A DNA stretch of 64,000 nucleotides from an uncultured Candidatus Binatia bacterium (GCA_965242525.1 OZ251459.1:32001-96000); one strand, 5' to 3'. Positions 46,801 through 56,320 are shown, counted from the first letter of the stretch. Notes: generated from the letters alone by a model not told the origin. Numbers and translations: made by a program.

Positions 46801-49553
46801 GTGGGGAGCGGGGCGCGGTCCAGTTCGTCCGCGGGCCAGAACCAGCAGGCGCACCACAGGTCCATGGCGTTCTTGAGCGAGCGCCAGGCCGTTGAACCCA
46901 GGAAGTCCCGCCGGTAGAGGTGCGCGCGCTCCCGGGCGTCCTGCACCGGCAGGGCGTGCATGTCCGCCAGCACGTTCAGCGCCTCGTCGTGGGCGCGTCC
47001 GGCTTCCGTCAGCAGGTCTTCCCGGAACAGGTCGGCGCCGGCCAGGAAGCGCTTCAGGTCCGGGGTCAGGGTGTCCTTCGTGAACTCCTTGAGGGCCTTG
47101 CCGCGGGCGTCTTTCCCGAAGTGCGTTCCGTTGCCGTGGTTCTTGTCGCCGCCTTCGCGGTTCTTCCACGCCATGACCGGGTAGTGGGCGAACTGGTCGA
47201 ACCACGCGCCGACGAGCGCGTTGCCGCACTTGACCTTGTGGTCCAGGAAACCGAACGGCAGGGTGCGGTCCATGGTCTCGATCCAGAGGGACAGGCGGCA
47301 GAGCTCCACCGCCAGCGGGTCGAGGTCCACCGCGTAAAGGCAGCGTTCCACCACGTGCCGGCGCAGCACCGCCTTGAGACGCGGCTCGAAGCGGTCGTCG
47401 TCGGGGCGGCAGGGGATCAACTCGTCGCTCAGGCCTTCGTCCTGTTCGTCCCGCTTGTCCCGAAGGCCCAGCAGGTGGACCAGGGCCCGGTCGCCGTCCG
47501 GTTCGATGCGTCCGTGGTGTTGCAGCGAGGCGTAGAGCGCGTCGGTGAGGAAACGCAGCGCGGCCAGCGGGAAGCTGCCGGAACCGCACGCCGGGTCGCA
47601 GACCTTCAGGTCGAGGATCCGCTCCGGGAGCTTCGGCGTCCAGTGCGCGGGCGGCGCGTTGGCGTCCGGCGTCCCGTCCTCGTCCACGGGCGGGTCGTAG
47701 GCCAGCGGGCGCAGCGTGCGCTGCACCGTCGGAACGGCCAGGCCGGGACGGGTGTAGAAGCTGCCCGAACCCTTGCGGGTGCCGCCCCATCGCACCAAGT
47801 ACCACTCGCCGGGCAGGACGACCCGGGACACGAGTTGCTTCGCCTTGGCGCCGAGTTGGGCGTCGAACGCGAGTCGGCGCGCCGAGGCGTCCCGGCCTCC
47901 GGCCTTGTGGGGTTTGACCAGGCCCGCTGCCTGCGCCGCCCGTCGCGCCCAGGTCTCCGCCCGGGTGCGGTTGCGTTGCCGCTCGTCGGAGCCGTCCGCG
48001 GTGTCTGCGGTCTCGTCCGGCTCGCCGTCGCGGCCCTCGGAAGATCCGTCGTCGTCTTCCGCCCGTTCCCCGACGGGAGCGTTGGCGGTCTCCGCTCCGT
48101 CGTCCGCCTCCACGCCTTCTTCCGCGGCTTCCGCTTTCGAGTCGCCTGCGAGGTTGGCGAACAGCGCCTTGAGGGCGGCGTCGTCCATGGCTTCCAGGCG
48201 CGAGAGGGGCAGCGCCGGCTGGTCGCCCACCGCCAGGAAGACCACCGGGTCGCCGGCCGGCGCGGTCTTCAACTCGTAGTCCAGCAGCCCTTCGTAGAGG
48301 ACGCCGATGTATTCGGACGAGAGATCGGAAAAGTCCACGGGAACGCGCGCCTGCTTGCTGCTCCGGCCCTGGCGAATGCGGACCGTGGTGCGGGTGAGCA
48401 GGCACAATATCCGGTAAACGTCCCGGTCCGGCATCGTGGTCTCGCGCTCGAAGCACGCGTTCTCGTAAACGGCCAGCGCTTGGGAGAGGCCGTCCGTTTC
48501 GCCCGCGGCCTCGCTCGGGGCGAACAGTTCGCCGCCGTAATCCTTCACCGGCAGGTCCGGGAAATGGGACCCCTGCCGCACGAGCCGGAACAGCGCCAGG
48601 ACCCGCGGCCAAGCGCCGTAGCTCTCGGCCAAGGCGCCGGGGTGGAGGGCGTCGCGTTCCAGCCGTTCGAGCAGGCCGTTCAGGCCGTAGCTTTCGTGGT
48701 AGAGGGCGTTGTCCCGGGGCAGCAGGTCGCGGGACTCCGCGAACAGGACCACCACCAGCCGCATGGCCACCCGGCAGGCTGCGCGGTAGATGTCCGCGGG
48801 AGCCGCCGCGGCGCACCGCTCCTTCAGCGCGTCGCCGTGGCCCGAGATCAGTACTTCCACCGCTTTGCGCACCCGCTCGCCAAGCACCTCGGACAGTTCC
48901 GCCTGTCCCTTGCGGGTGTCGCGGACGGCTTGCAGGAGCGGCGTCGGGGCGTCTTCGACCGCGGGAGTCCAGAGTTCCGGGCACAGCAGAGCGCGCAACG
49001 CCGTTACCTGCGGGGCGAGCTCGCCTTCCTCGAACCACAGGTCCAGGTCCCATTCGCACCACGCGTCGTAGTCCAGTCCGGCGAACAGCAGCCGCCACTG
49101 GCGTCCGTTGGTCACCAACGCGAGATGCTCGTTGCCGGCGCGGAGCCAGCCGAGCACCCGGCTGACCACGAGGCGGCTCCTGCCGATGCCCAGGCGTTTC
49201 TCGCCGTCCAGGAACACCGGCAGCCGCCCGCCGCGCCGGCCCTCCCACAGATGGCGGGGCTTGACCGTCTCTCCCGTAACGGCGCGTCGTCCCCACTCCG
49301 GCGCCACCCGGCTGCCGCGGGACCAGGCGCCGGTGGAGGCGTCCAGCCCGCAGACCCGTTCCAGCACGAAGGCGACGAACTCCGAGGCGTCGCCTTCGCC
49401 GTTCAGCAACGCTCCGGCGCGCTGGCGCAACTGGCCCTCGACATACTCGTGGAGCCGCGGGACGCCCCGGGAAAGCGCCTGCAACCGCGCGCTGTCCAGC
49501 AGCAGGCCCCCATGGCGCAGGTCTCCCCAGCAGTCGGTCAGGGTGTGGTCCAT
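43896..49553 (-). CDS. Large type IIG/Eco57I-like N6-adenine methyltransferase (DrmMI-like)
   Basis: VTNGRQWRL, IGVLYEGLL, RKGSGSFYT, DPACGSGSF, FHWELEFP..GNPPW, PFYEGRMIGQFD. Confidence 0.9.
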   Translation of the reverse strand: MDHTLTDCWGDLRHGGLLLDSARLQALSRGVPRLHEYVEGQLRQRAGALLNGEGDASEFVAFVLERVCGLDASTGAWSRGSRVAPEWGRRAVTGETVKPRHLWEGRRGGRLPVFLDGEKRLGIGRSRLVVSRVLGWLRAGNEHLALVTNGRQWRLLFAGLDYDAWCEWDLDLWFEEGELAPQVTALRALLCPELWTPAVEDAPTPLLQAVRDTRKGQAELSEVLGERVRKAVEVLISGHGDALKERCAAAAPADIYRAACRVAMRLVVVLFAESRDLLPRDNALYHESYGLNGLLERLERDALHPGALAESYGAWPRVLALFRLVRQGSHFPDLPVKDYGGELFAPSEAAGETDGLSQALAVYENACFERETTMPDRDVYRILCLLTRTTVRIRQGRSSKQARVPVDFSDLSSEYIGVLYEGLLDYELKTAPAGDPVVFLAVGDQPALPLSRLEAMDDAALKALFANLAGDSKAEAAEEGVEADDGAETANAPVGERAEDDDGSSEGRDGEPDETADTADGSDERQRNRTRAETWARRAAQAAGLVKPHKAGGRDASARRLAFDAQLGAKAKQLVSRVVLPGEWYLVRWGGTRKGSGSFYTRPGLAVPTVQRTLRPLAYDPPVDEDGTPDANAPPAHWTPKLPERILDLKVCDPACGSGSFPLAALRFLTDALYASLQHHGRIEPDGDRALVHLLGLRDKRDEQDEGLSDELIPCRPDDDRFEPRLKAVLRRHVVERCLYAVDLDPLAVELCRLSLWIETMDRTLPFGFLDHKVKCGNALVGAWFDQFAHYPVMAWKNREGGDKNHGNGTHFGKDARGKALKEFTKDTLTPDLKRFLAGADLFREDLLTEAGRAHDEALNVLADMHALPVQDARERAHLYRRDFLGSTAWRSLKNAMDLWCACWFWPADELDRAPLPTTFAQPRDETRNVARRVAAEMRFFHWELEFPDVFRAPESGFDAMLGNPPWETLQPSSKEYFSNIDPLYRSYGKQEALEKQRAYFNEVSVECSWLDYNSRFANDSNWMKHVANPFGDPLGTGENQNVALYTIVHSRENSRFHDRWRQARVRSFSFADTTHPFVHRGKGKAYTYKLFLEQAHALSRIGGRLGFVVPSGLYSDLGTGALRTLFLRHCRWEWLFGIENRDKVFPIHRSYKFNPIIVEKGAATETIRTAFMRRNLDDWERAEHLTIPYTRAQVERFSPRSHAIFEIQSKRDLEILEKIYANAVLLGDDGPDGWGIRYSQGDFNMTSDSRLFPPRPQWEAKGYRPDEYSRWLLGDWRPIGELWAELGADPSQPEQAEIELEEWLFDTTADPERREAEARFVHGHLLKPGDAARTDWRLRCAQPPYDRLPIPRASIPAGVVLSREGDAWIQDRDPPTTTSEYATPPWTVGVPPAPTLSGDGNDAREEGGVRDVALPFYEGRMIGQFDSSQKGWVSGKGRGSVWREIPWERKQIEPQYLMDRAHCTDYLYAVRKPKIALMDITSSTNTRTMIVSPLAGVPCGHSIGVLNCSADQCLPLGTILNSFVYDFSLRVRFSGLHTSWFIIEETPLPVCSVAEMRHIQPLSTVLRGTESSSSTSYTERMRPALTGRERLRMNIILDLLVSTAFGLVEEDLRHILRHCDLPQSEIAGAFHSGKLDPKGFWRVDKDKDPELRHTVLTLVAFHDLQAKVEAAGGDRERGIDAFLSQNHGEGWMLPETLRLADYGLGHDERARHPQPVASQLGSRFHDWQLAQGAEESWRECHLHARNLLGVHGYAQLLVDLAQRRVTDGEDCLDLLTDDFVRELVGEHGYVALLVGVRVGKVLYEAPYWTMVDDLRTRGHLNETTHLLLLDTLYARKLMDDAEYRSRSGRDAPAPGTEPLPKAAEPEPDYDSKPSAKSGQKKLFE

Positions 49554-49731
49554 GGCTCGTCAGCGTCTCTTCGACCAAGCGCGGGGTCCGGCCCGCTCAG
49601 AGCGGTTGTCCGGGGTCGGGATGAAGGCGTCGCCCTGTCGCACGGATATTGAAGTCATTCCGTTCAGCACGTAAAATCAGGATGGGCTTTTAGTCCGGCG
49701 GCAGAGGAAATTGGCTCTTCCGGCTTGCCCG

Positions 49732-50112
49732 TCACAGGACGCCACCCAGATCGAATGCGTCGATCTGCCGCATTATGCCGTCCATCGTATCGCGCCCTGT
49801 CACCCTCGAAACGGGCGCGTCAGGCCCTCGACGGGCGAAAATCACGTACTGGATCAAGCGGTCGTCGAGGAATTGAAGTCCGATGTGCGCGTCGTTCCCA
49901 TCGTTCCAGACAGCACGAAGATTTCCGTTTTCCAGCAGGACAAGGCGTCCGCGTCTCGTAAACGGGTTCTTCTTCAGAAAGTTCCAAAAGGCCGTCTCGG
50001 ATGCCTCACTGAGTGAGTACCCTTCGAGTTCGGCCTGCTCTTTCAGGACGTTGATCCGGCTTTCGTACAGGTTGTGACGCTCCCCTCCCACGCGAAGAAC
50101 TCCTATTCCCAT
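49732..50112 (-). CDS. Hypothetical protein (126 aa), lower GC
   Basis: MGIGVLRVGGERHNLYESRINVLK...LLENGNLRAVWND...GLQFLDDRLIQYVIF; protein-like composition, lies between the SNF2 and methylase genes. Confidence 0.6.
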   Translation of the reverse strand: MGIGVLRVGGERHNLYESRINVLKEQAELEGYSLSEASETAFWNFLKKNPFTRRGRLVLLENGNLRAVWNDGNDAHIGLQFLDDRLIQYVIFARRGPDAPVSRVTGRDTMDGIMRQIDAFDLGGVL

Positions 50113-50180
50113 CCCGCCAAAGTCCCGACTTGACCTCAAGCAGCCGGACCGCCCCGTTGACTGTCCCGACGAGGCGCGGG

Positions 50181-53100
50181 TCAACCCGTTTCCGGCAACC
50201 GTACCTCGATGGCCACCGGGAACACGTGGGCGTCTCCCGCCAGCGCGAAGCGTGCGGGCAAGAGGCGGTCCAGGATCCGGGCGCGTTCCTGCTGCAACTG
50301 TTCGCGGATCTCTTCGTAGTGGGCGAGGCGGCGCTTGAGTTCCCGTTCCTTTTCTTCCAGGGACCGCTCCATTTCCGCGAGCCGCTCGGTGGCGTCGAAG
50401 AGTTCGCCCTGGCGTTGTCTTTGGCCGAGGGCTTCGATCTCTCGGTTCAGCCGTGTGGCCGTGGATTGCTCGATGAGCGTGGAGACCTCGCCTTGGCGTT
50501 GCCGGTAGCGTTCGTCCTCCCGTTTGCGGGCGGCTTCGCCGTCCACCGCCAGTTGGCGGCGCAGCCGCCCGGTCACCTGTGTCCCGTAGCCGCGCAGCCA
50601 TGTGCGCAGGCCGTTGCGGACGTCTTCGAGGACCTCCCGGGCGCGCTCCCGGTGGGCGGGGTCCGCGGCGTCCCGGGCGCCTCGCCGGGACCGGGCAGGG
50701 ACGTGCGGCAGCGGCTCTCCCAGGTCGCCGTTCCGCACCGGGAAGGCCAGGGTGCGCACCCAGCGGTGGAAGGTCTCCCGCAGCTCGTTCACAGCCAGTT
50801 CCTCGACGCTGAGCAGGACCACGGCTTCGGCGTCCGCGGGAACGGCGCCCAGCCGCACCGTCCAGCGCGAGACCTGCTGCTCGCCGGGGTAGCGGCGGCG
50901 CGTCAGTAAACCCAGGGCCCGCCGCATCAGCGGATGCGCCAGGTGCAGGAGCCGAGCGTCGCGTCGGGGCAGGAACACGCTCAAGCGCCCGAGGCGCTGG
51001 ATGAACGGTTCCGCGCTGAAGGCGAGCAGCGGCATGGGGCCTTGCCCGCCTCCGTGGACCGGCAGGCGCACGGCTTCGTCGATGACGTCGCGCCAGCCGC
51101 GCAGGTCCGGTTGGGCCATCCGGTAGAATCCCGGTTGCGCCGCCGCCCGTAGCTGCGGTCTGCCGCTGTCGGAAGTCGTCAGGGCGGTTTCGAGGGTGTC
51201 GCCGAGGGCTTGCGGGTCCAGGTCGATCTCCGCGGCCAGGACCTCGAGCAACGCTGCTTCCCCCTCTGCCTCGCGGCCCAACGACACCCTGGCGTCCGCG
51301 TCCATGGACGCGGCGCCCAGGACGGCCCGGAGGCCGGCATCCAGGTCGGCCCGGACCCGCGCCGCGTCCTCGCCTCCGATCAGGCGGCGGTGCGTGGCGC
51401 GGTCGAACAGTTCGTTCACCGAGCCCAGGTCTGCGCGGATTTCGTCGGCCTTGCGGACCACGTGGTCGAGGAAGCGCAGGTCCGGGTCGGTTGCGCTGAA
51501 GAAGTGGTGCACGGTCACGTCACGGGCCTGTCCGTAGCGGTCCAGGCGACCGTTCCGCTGCTCCAGCCTCGACGGGTTCCACGGGCAGTCGTAGTGCAGC
51601 AGGTAGCGCGCGGTGCGGTGCAGGTTGAGACCTTCGGAAGCGGCGTCCGTGGCCACCAGGACGCGCACCGGGTCGTCAGGGTCGTTGAAGGCCGCCTTGA
51701 CGTTCTCGCGGTCCGTGTCGTTCATGCCCTCGGCCCCGCCGCTGCCGAACAGGGTGAGCACGTGTTCCGGGGAGTAGCGTTCCGCCAGTCGTCGGGCAAG
51801 GTAGTCGAGCGTGGTCTTGTACTCGGTGAAGACGATCAGCCGTTCGTCGGCGCGGAACCCGCCGCTGGTCCGGAGAAGGCGTTCGATCAAGGCGGTGAGG
51901 GCGTCGAAACGGGTATCGACTCCGGGCGTCTGGCGGACCACCGGCGGGCCGTCGAGGACGAAGCCGAGGGCGTCCAGGGCGCGCTCGATGCCTGCGATTT
52001 CGTCCTGCACGTGGTCCGCGAAGTTCTTCAGCCACGCGCCCACCACGGTGGCCGCGGTGGCCTCGCGCTGCTGCGTTTCCCGGTCGTCTCCGGTCTCCTG
52101 CCGCAGGGACCGTTCCGCGGCCGTCAGCGCAGCCTCCGAGGCAGCGGACTCGTCGGCGAAACCCTGGCGCGCCCGGCGCCAGGATTCGGCGAACGCGGTG
52201 GGGCAGGAGAGCAGCCGCTTGCCCAGGATCTCCACCGCGAAGCTGCCCGCGCGGCGCCGCGGCCGGTCGCCTTGGGCCACGAGCCGGCGCACGGCTTTGC
52301 GAAAGGCGTCGAACGCGGCCACGAGACCGGCTTCCCGCAGCTCGGTGCGGAGGGTGAGGGCCTCGGGCGGCCGCCGTTGGCAGAAGCGGGGCGCGGGGGC
52401 CGTCCCGGGCACGGGGTCTTCTTCCCGCTCATGCCGCGTCCCTGCGTCCGTCCGCCCGGGGGGTTGGTCGATGTGGCGTTTCAGCCGGCGCACCACCACG
52501 TCGTCCACCCGTGCGCGCATGGCCGGGGTCATCTCGCTGGTGCGGGTGAAGCGCACGGGGTCGAGCATTTCCAGGAGGCCGGTGAAAGAGCGCGTGTGGC
52601 CGTTGTGCGGCGTGGCGGAGAGGAACAGTCGGTGCTCGAAGCGGGGCGCCGCCAGGCGCAGGGTCTCGCACAGGCCGCTGTCCTCGCCGAAGGGAGACGG
52701 CATGAGGTTGTGGCATTCGTCCACGATCAACAGGTCCCAGGGCAGGTGCGGGGAGCCGTCCGGCGTTTGGCAGGCGGCCAGGAACTGCTCGCGCACGTCG
52801 GGCTGGCGCAGGTAGTGGTAGGAGGCGACGATGCGGCTGAACGAGCGCCAGGGGTTGGCGTCCATGCCGAGACGACGGCGCAGGCGCTCGACGCCCTGAC
52901 GGTCCACCACGTCGAAGCGCAGCGAGAACTTCTCCCACAACTCGTCCCGCCATTGCTGGCGCAGGGAAGCGGGCGTGAGCACCAGCACGCGCCGGATGCG
53001 GCGGCGCAGCAGCAACTCGGTGAGGATCAGGCCGGCCTCTACCGTTTTGCCGAGACCCACGTCGTCCGCGAGGAGCAGGTTTACCCTCGGCATGCGCAGG

Positions 53101-53507
53101 GCCTTCAGCAGCGGCATGAGCTGGTAGTCCTCCACGCGCACGCCGCCGTGGAAGGGGCTGGCGAGGGGCTCGCGGTTCAGCGGGCCGGAGCCGTCCGGGT
53201 CCAGGTAGGGCGACAGCGCCGTCCAGCGCGCCGCCCGCAGGAGCGCGTCGAACTCGCCGGACGGCATGGGGTCCCGGCCGGCGTCCGGCAACGCGGTAGG
53301 CTCCAGGAGAGGGGGCTCATGTTCGATCTCCCACAGCAGCCGTTCCGCGGGCGGCTCGTGCAGGTCCTTGTACTCCACGTGCACCAGGTGCAGCCGCCCG
53401 GAATCGCCGTCGAACGGTTCTACTGCGGCCACCACGCCGAGCCGGTTGCGCACGGTGGCGATCATGCCGGCCCGAGGGACGGCGTATGGGGCGGCCGGGA
53501 CGCTCAT
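50181..53507 (-). CDS. SNF2-family helicase (DISARM DrmD-like)
   Basis: LADDVGLGKTVEAG, IVDECH, LSATPHNG, TDAASEGLNL, WNPSRLEQRNGRLDRYGQ, coiled-coil C-terminus. Confidence 0.9.
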   Translation of the reverse strand: MSVPAAPYAVPRAGMIATVRNRLGVVAAVEPFDGDSGRLHLVHVEYKDLHEPPAERLLWEIEHEPPLLEPTALPDAGRDPMPSGEFDALLRAARWTALSPYLDPDGSGPLNREPLASPFHGGVRVEDYQLMPLLKALRMPRVNLLLADDVGLGKTVEAGLILTELLLRRRIRRVLVLTPASLRQQWRDELWEKFSLRFDVVDRQGVERLRRRLGMDANPWRSFSRIVASYHYLRQPDVREQFLAACQTPDGSPHLPWDLLIVDECHNLMPSPFGEDSGLCETLRLAAPRFEHRLFLSATPHNGHTRSFTGLLEMLDPVRFTRTSEMTPAMRARVDDVVVRRLKRHIDQPPGRTDAGTRHEREEDPVPGTAPAPRFCQRRPPEALTLRTELREAGLVAAFDAFRKAVRRLVAQGDRPRRRAGSFAVEILGKRLLSCPTAFAESWRRARQGFADESAASEAALTAAERSLRQETGDDRETQQREATAATVVGAWLKNFADHVQDEIAGIERALDALGFVLDGPPVVRQTPGVDTRFDALTALIERLLRTSGGFRADERLIVFTEYKTTLDYLARRLAERYSPEHVLTLFGSGGAEGMNDTDRENVKAAFNDPDDPVRVLVATDAASEGLNLHRTARYLLHYDCPWNPSRLEQRNGRLDRYGQARDVTVHHFFSATDPDLRFLDHVVRKADEIRADLGSVNELFDRATHRRLIGGEDAARVRADLDAGLRAVLGAASMDADARVSLGREAEGEAALLEVLAAEIDLDPQALGDTLETALTTSDSGRPQLRAAAQPGFYRMAQPDLRGWRDVIDEAVRLPVHGGGQGPMPLLAFSAEPFIQRLGRLSVFLPRRDARLLHLAHPLMRRALGLLTRRRYPGEQQVSRWTVRLGAVPADAEAVVLLSVEELAVNELRETFHRWVRTLAFPVRNGDLGEPLPHVPARSRRGARDAADPAHRERAREVLEDVRNGLRTWLRGYGTQVTGRLRRQLAVDGEAARKREDERYRQRQGEVSTLIEQSTATRLNREIEALGQRQRQGELFDATERLAEMERSLEEKERELKRRLAHYEEIREQLQQERARILDRLLPARFALAGDAHVFPVAIEVRLPETG

Positions 53508-53621
53508 GGGGCGTTGTCATACTTGCCTTTGCCGTGGTAGCGCAAACGACGGGGCCGGGGAGGTCGTTGCGAACCGGTCATGCGGCTGCCGGTGATCGAC
53601 GCCACACGCCCGCGGCGCGCT

Positions 53622-53650
53622 TTGACAGCCTTGGGCCAGCGTGTTACTTG
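53622..53650 (+). promoter_or_regulatory. Putative sigma70 promoter
   Basis: TTGACA followed after 16-17 bp by TTACTT/TACTTG with a preceding TG. Confidence 0.4.
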
Positions 53651-53707
53651 CCCTAGGGGTTCGGGTTGGCGGCGTCCGGGATCAGGGTTCGGGACCGGAG
53701 GGATGAC

Positions 53708-53884
53708 GTGAAGGACCGGATTCGACAGATCGACGAGGAGTACGGCTTCCACCTCACCGAGGACGAGATCGAGTCCATTGCGAAGCAGGCGGAGGAAACC
53801 CGTCTCCTGCTGCAGGAACTCGACAAGGTGGACTTGACCGGCGTCATGCCCATGGTGAAGTTCGACCGGAAGCCGGGGAGCTGA
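53708..53884 (+). CDS. Small GatC/AtzG-like helical protein
   Basis: VKDRIRQIDEEYGFHLTEDEIESIAKQAEETRLLLQELDKVDLTGVMP; GGAGG RBS. Confidence 0.6.
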   Translation: MKDRIRQIDEEYGFHLTEDEIESIAKQAEETRLLLQELDKVDLTGVMPMVKFDRKPGS

Positions 53885-53900
53885 AAGGGACCTGCACGGC

Positions 53901-55175
53901 ATGGACGAAGCCACGAGGGAACGCATCCTCCAGCACATCGACGGCCGGGAACTGGCCGAGCTTACCAGGGACCTGGTGGACATCCTGAGCCCCACCGGGG
54001 CGGAGAAGGAGATCGGCGAGTTCATCCTCGACTGGTACGGGCGGAACGGGCTCAAGCCCATCCGCCAGGAGATCGACCCCGACCGGGTGAACGCGGTGGG
54101 CGTGCTGCAGGGCAGCGGCGGCGGGGTTTCGTTGATGATCAACGGCCACATGGACACGAGCTTCACCGGGCGGGAGGACGACCTGGTGCTGTGCCGGGAG
54201 TTGGAGCCCCGGAGCGAGCTCCGGGGGGCCATCCGGGACGGCAAGGTCTTCGGCCTGGCCGCGTCCAACATGAAGTCGGGGCTGGCGGCGTTCATGGTGG
54301 CGGGCAAGGCGCTCCGGCAGAGCGGCGCGGCGCTCAAGGGCGACCTGATCCTGGCGGCCGTGGCGGGCGAGATCTCCCGCACCCCCATCGGTCCCTACCA
54401 GTCCGGGGCCTACCGGGGCGAGGGCACCGGCACCCGCCACCTGCTGACCTACGGGGTCCAGTCCGACTACGCCATCGTGGCCGACCGCTCGGCGTTGTCC
54501 ATCATCTGGGCCCAGACCGGCGTGGCCCAGTTCCGCATCGACACCTTCGGGAACCCGCACGCGGCCTGGGGCGTCACCCGACGGCAGGAGCCGCCCGAGG
54601 AGCAGAGCGCGGTGCTGAAGATGGCCCGGGTGGTGCAGGCGGTGGACGCCTGGGCGGAGGAGTTCGAGGCCAACCACGTCTATACGTCCGCCAACGGCCC
54701 CATCATCCCCAAGGTCAACATCGGCTCGGTGCAGGGGGGAGCGCCCTACCGGCCCAACTACTATCCGGGCATCTGCTCCCTGTACGTGGACGTGCGCATC
54801 CCGCCCGAGCTCCGGCCCGTCGAGGTGCAGCGCGAACTGCGCGCGGTCATGGACGCCACCGGCTACGAGTACGACATCCAGATGTACACGTCCAAGATGG
54901 GGTACGAGGCCAGGGGCATCGAGCCGGTGGTGGAGGTCATCGAGGCGGCCCACCAGGAGCTGTTCGGCGAGAAGACGACGCCCGCCACCACCGCGCGCTC
55001 CAGCATCTGGACCGACACCAACATCTACAACGAGATGGGCATCCCCGCCTGCAAGTTCGGTCTCGGCGGCGGCCGCTGGACCACCCGTTCGGAGCAGATC
55101 GACATCGACGAGATCGTGCGGGCGTCGCAGATCTACGCACTGTCCGCAGCGGCCATCTGCAACTGGAGCCGATGA
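53901..55175 (+). CDS. M20/ArgE-DapE-family metallohydrolase (atypical ligands)
   Basis: SPTGAE, LMINGHMDT, GKVFGLAASNMKSG, dimerisation domain NIGSVQGG, DVRIPP. Confidence 0.85.
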   Translation: MDEATRERILQHIDGRELAELTRDLVDILSPTGAEKEIGEFILDWYGRNGLKPIRQEIDPDRVNAVGVLQGSGGGVSLMINGHMDTSFTGREDDLVLCRELEPRSELRGAIRDGKVFGLAASNMKSGLAAFMVAGKALRQSGAALKGDLILAAVAGEISRTPIGPYQSGAYRGEGTGTRHLLTYGVQSDYAIVADRSALSIIWAQTGVAQFRIDTFGNPHAAWGVTRRQEPPEEQSAVLKMARVVQAVDAWAEEFEANHVYTSANGPIIPKVNIGSVQGGAPYRPNYYPGICSLYVDVRIPPELRPVEVQRELRAVMDATGYEYDIQMYTSKMGYEARGIEPVVEVIEAAHQELFGEKTTPATTARSSIWTDTNIYNEMGIPACKFGLGGGRWTTRSEQIDIDEIVRASQIYALSAAAICNWSR

Positions 55176-55214
55176 CGGTCCCGCCGCGGCGCGACGCCCC
55201 TTCCCGGAGAAGCA

Positions 55215-55721
55215 ATGGAACCGGCACTGGCTGAGAAGCTCGTCCACGGCCTGAAGGCCGCGGGCATCGATTTCCTGACGTACCTGCCGGAAAGCCGCCT
55301 GAGCCAGATCCTGCCGCTGTTGCGCGAGGACGGCACGGTCCGGTTGGTGCCCACCGCCAGCGAGCAGGAGGCGGTTACCATCGCCGCGGGCGCGGCCCTG
55401 GGGGGCAAGCGGGCGGCCTGCTACATGGAGAGCACCGGCCCCTACGTCTCCGCCTACTCGCTGCTCACCGTGGGAAAGCAGATGGGCGTGCCGATACTGC
55501 TCCTGGTGGGCTTCCTGGGCAGCTTCGCGGACCAGCGCAACAGCTTCCTCTACGTGACCATCGGCATGCGGATGCTCCCGACCCTGGAGGGCCTGGGCCT
55601 CGAATACCGCGTGCTGGAGGACGGGGAGAACCTGGAACGGCACATTCGGGACGCCCAGCGGGTCAGCGACTCCATGCGCGCCCCGGTGGCCCTGGTCTTC
55701 TCGGGGGAGTTCGCCCGATGA
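55215..55721 (+). CDS. Sulfopyruvate/phosphonopyruvate decarboxylase alpha-like subunit (ComD-like)
   Basis: LKAAGIDFLTYLPES, SEQEAVTIAAGAALGG, YMESTG. Confidence 0.75.
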   Translation: MEPALAEKLVHGLKAAGIDFLTYLPESRLSQILPLLREDGTVRLVPTASEQEAVTIAAGAALGGKRAACYMESTGPYVSAYSLLTVGKQMGVPILLLVGFLGSFADQRNSFLYVTIGMRMLPTLEGLGLEYRVLEDGENLERHIRDAQRVSDSMRAPVALVFSGEFAR

Positions 55722-56320
55722 TCCGCCGCGAATGCCTGGAGCTCATCGCGCCGCTGATGACCGACCAACTGGTGCTCACGTCCCAGAGCGGTCAACGCAT
55801 CGAGTGGTTCCACCTGTCCCGACACGAAGGCAACCTGCTGGTGGGGATGATGGGGTGCGCCACGGGCGTGGGCATGGGACTGGCCCTGGCGCTGCCCCAC
55901 CGCCGCGTCATCGTGCTGGAGTCGGACGGCAGCGTACTGCTGTCGCTGTTCAACCTTCCTACCCTCGGCAACCTGAACCCCTCCAACCTGACGGTGTTCG
56001 TGTTCGACAACGGCGTCTATAGCGGCAGCGCCATCAGCGAGCCCACAGCCACCTCCGGCAAGAGCGACCTGGCGGCCATGGCCCGGGCCTCCGGCGTCGA
56101 GTCCGCGGTGACCGTGCACGACCTCGACGGGTTCCGGCGGCACGGCCTGCCGGGGGTGACCGGGGAGGGACTCCACTACGTGGTGTGCAAGGTGGAAGAG
56201 AGCCTCGTGCACCGCCAGATCCCGCGTCCCGACACCGACCTGGCGGAGAACAAGTACCGGTTCGTGCGCTACCTCGAACGCACCGAGGGCAAGACCATTC
56301 CCTTCATCGGCCTGGGATAG
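55718..56320 (+). CDS. TPP-binding decarboxylase beta-like subunit (ComE-like)
   Basis: GMMGCATGVGMGLALA, ESDGSVLL...DNGVY TPP motif; ATGA overlap. Confidence 0.78.
   Translation: MIRRECLELIAPLMTDQLVLTSQSGQRIEWFHLSRHEGNLLVGMMGCATGVGMGLALALPHRRVIVLESDGSVLLSLFNLPTLGNLNPSNLTVFVFDNGVYSGSAISEPTATSGKSDLAAMARASGVESAVTVHDLDGFRRHGLPGVTGEGLHYVVCKVEESLVHRQIPRPDTDLAENKYRFVRYLERTEGKTIPFIGLG

Noticed and set aside
34681-53507. Canonical DISARM class 1, Druantia or BREX assignment
   Set aside because: No separate DrmB, no PLD DrmC, no DruA-D/H, and no PglZ/BrxC recognisable
33400-53520. Prophage or ICE explanation for the island
   Set aside because: No integrase, relaxase, structural or conjugation genes, and no flanking direct repeats noticed
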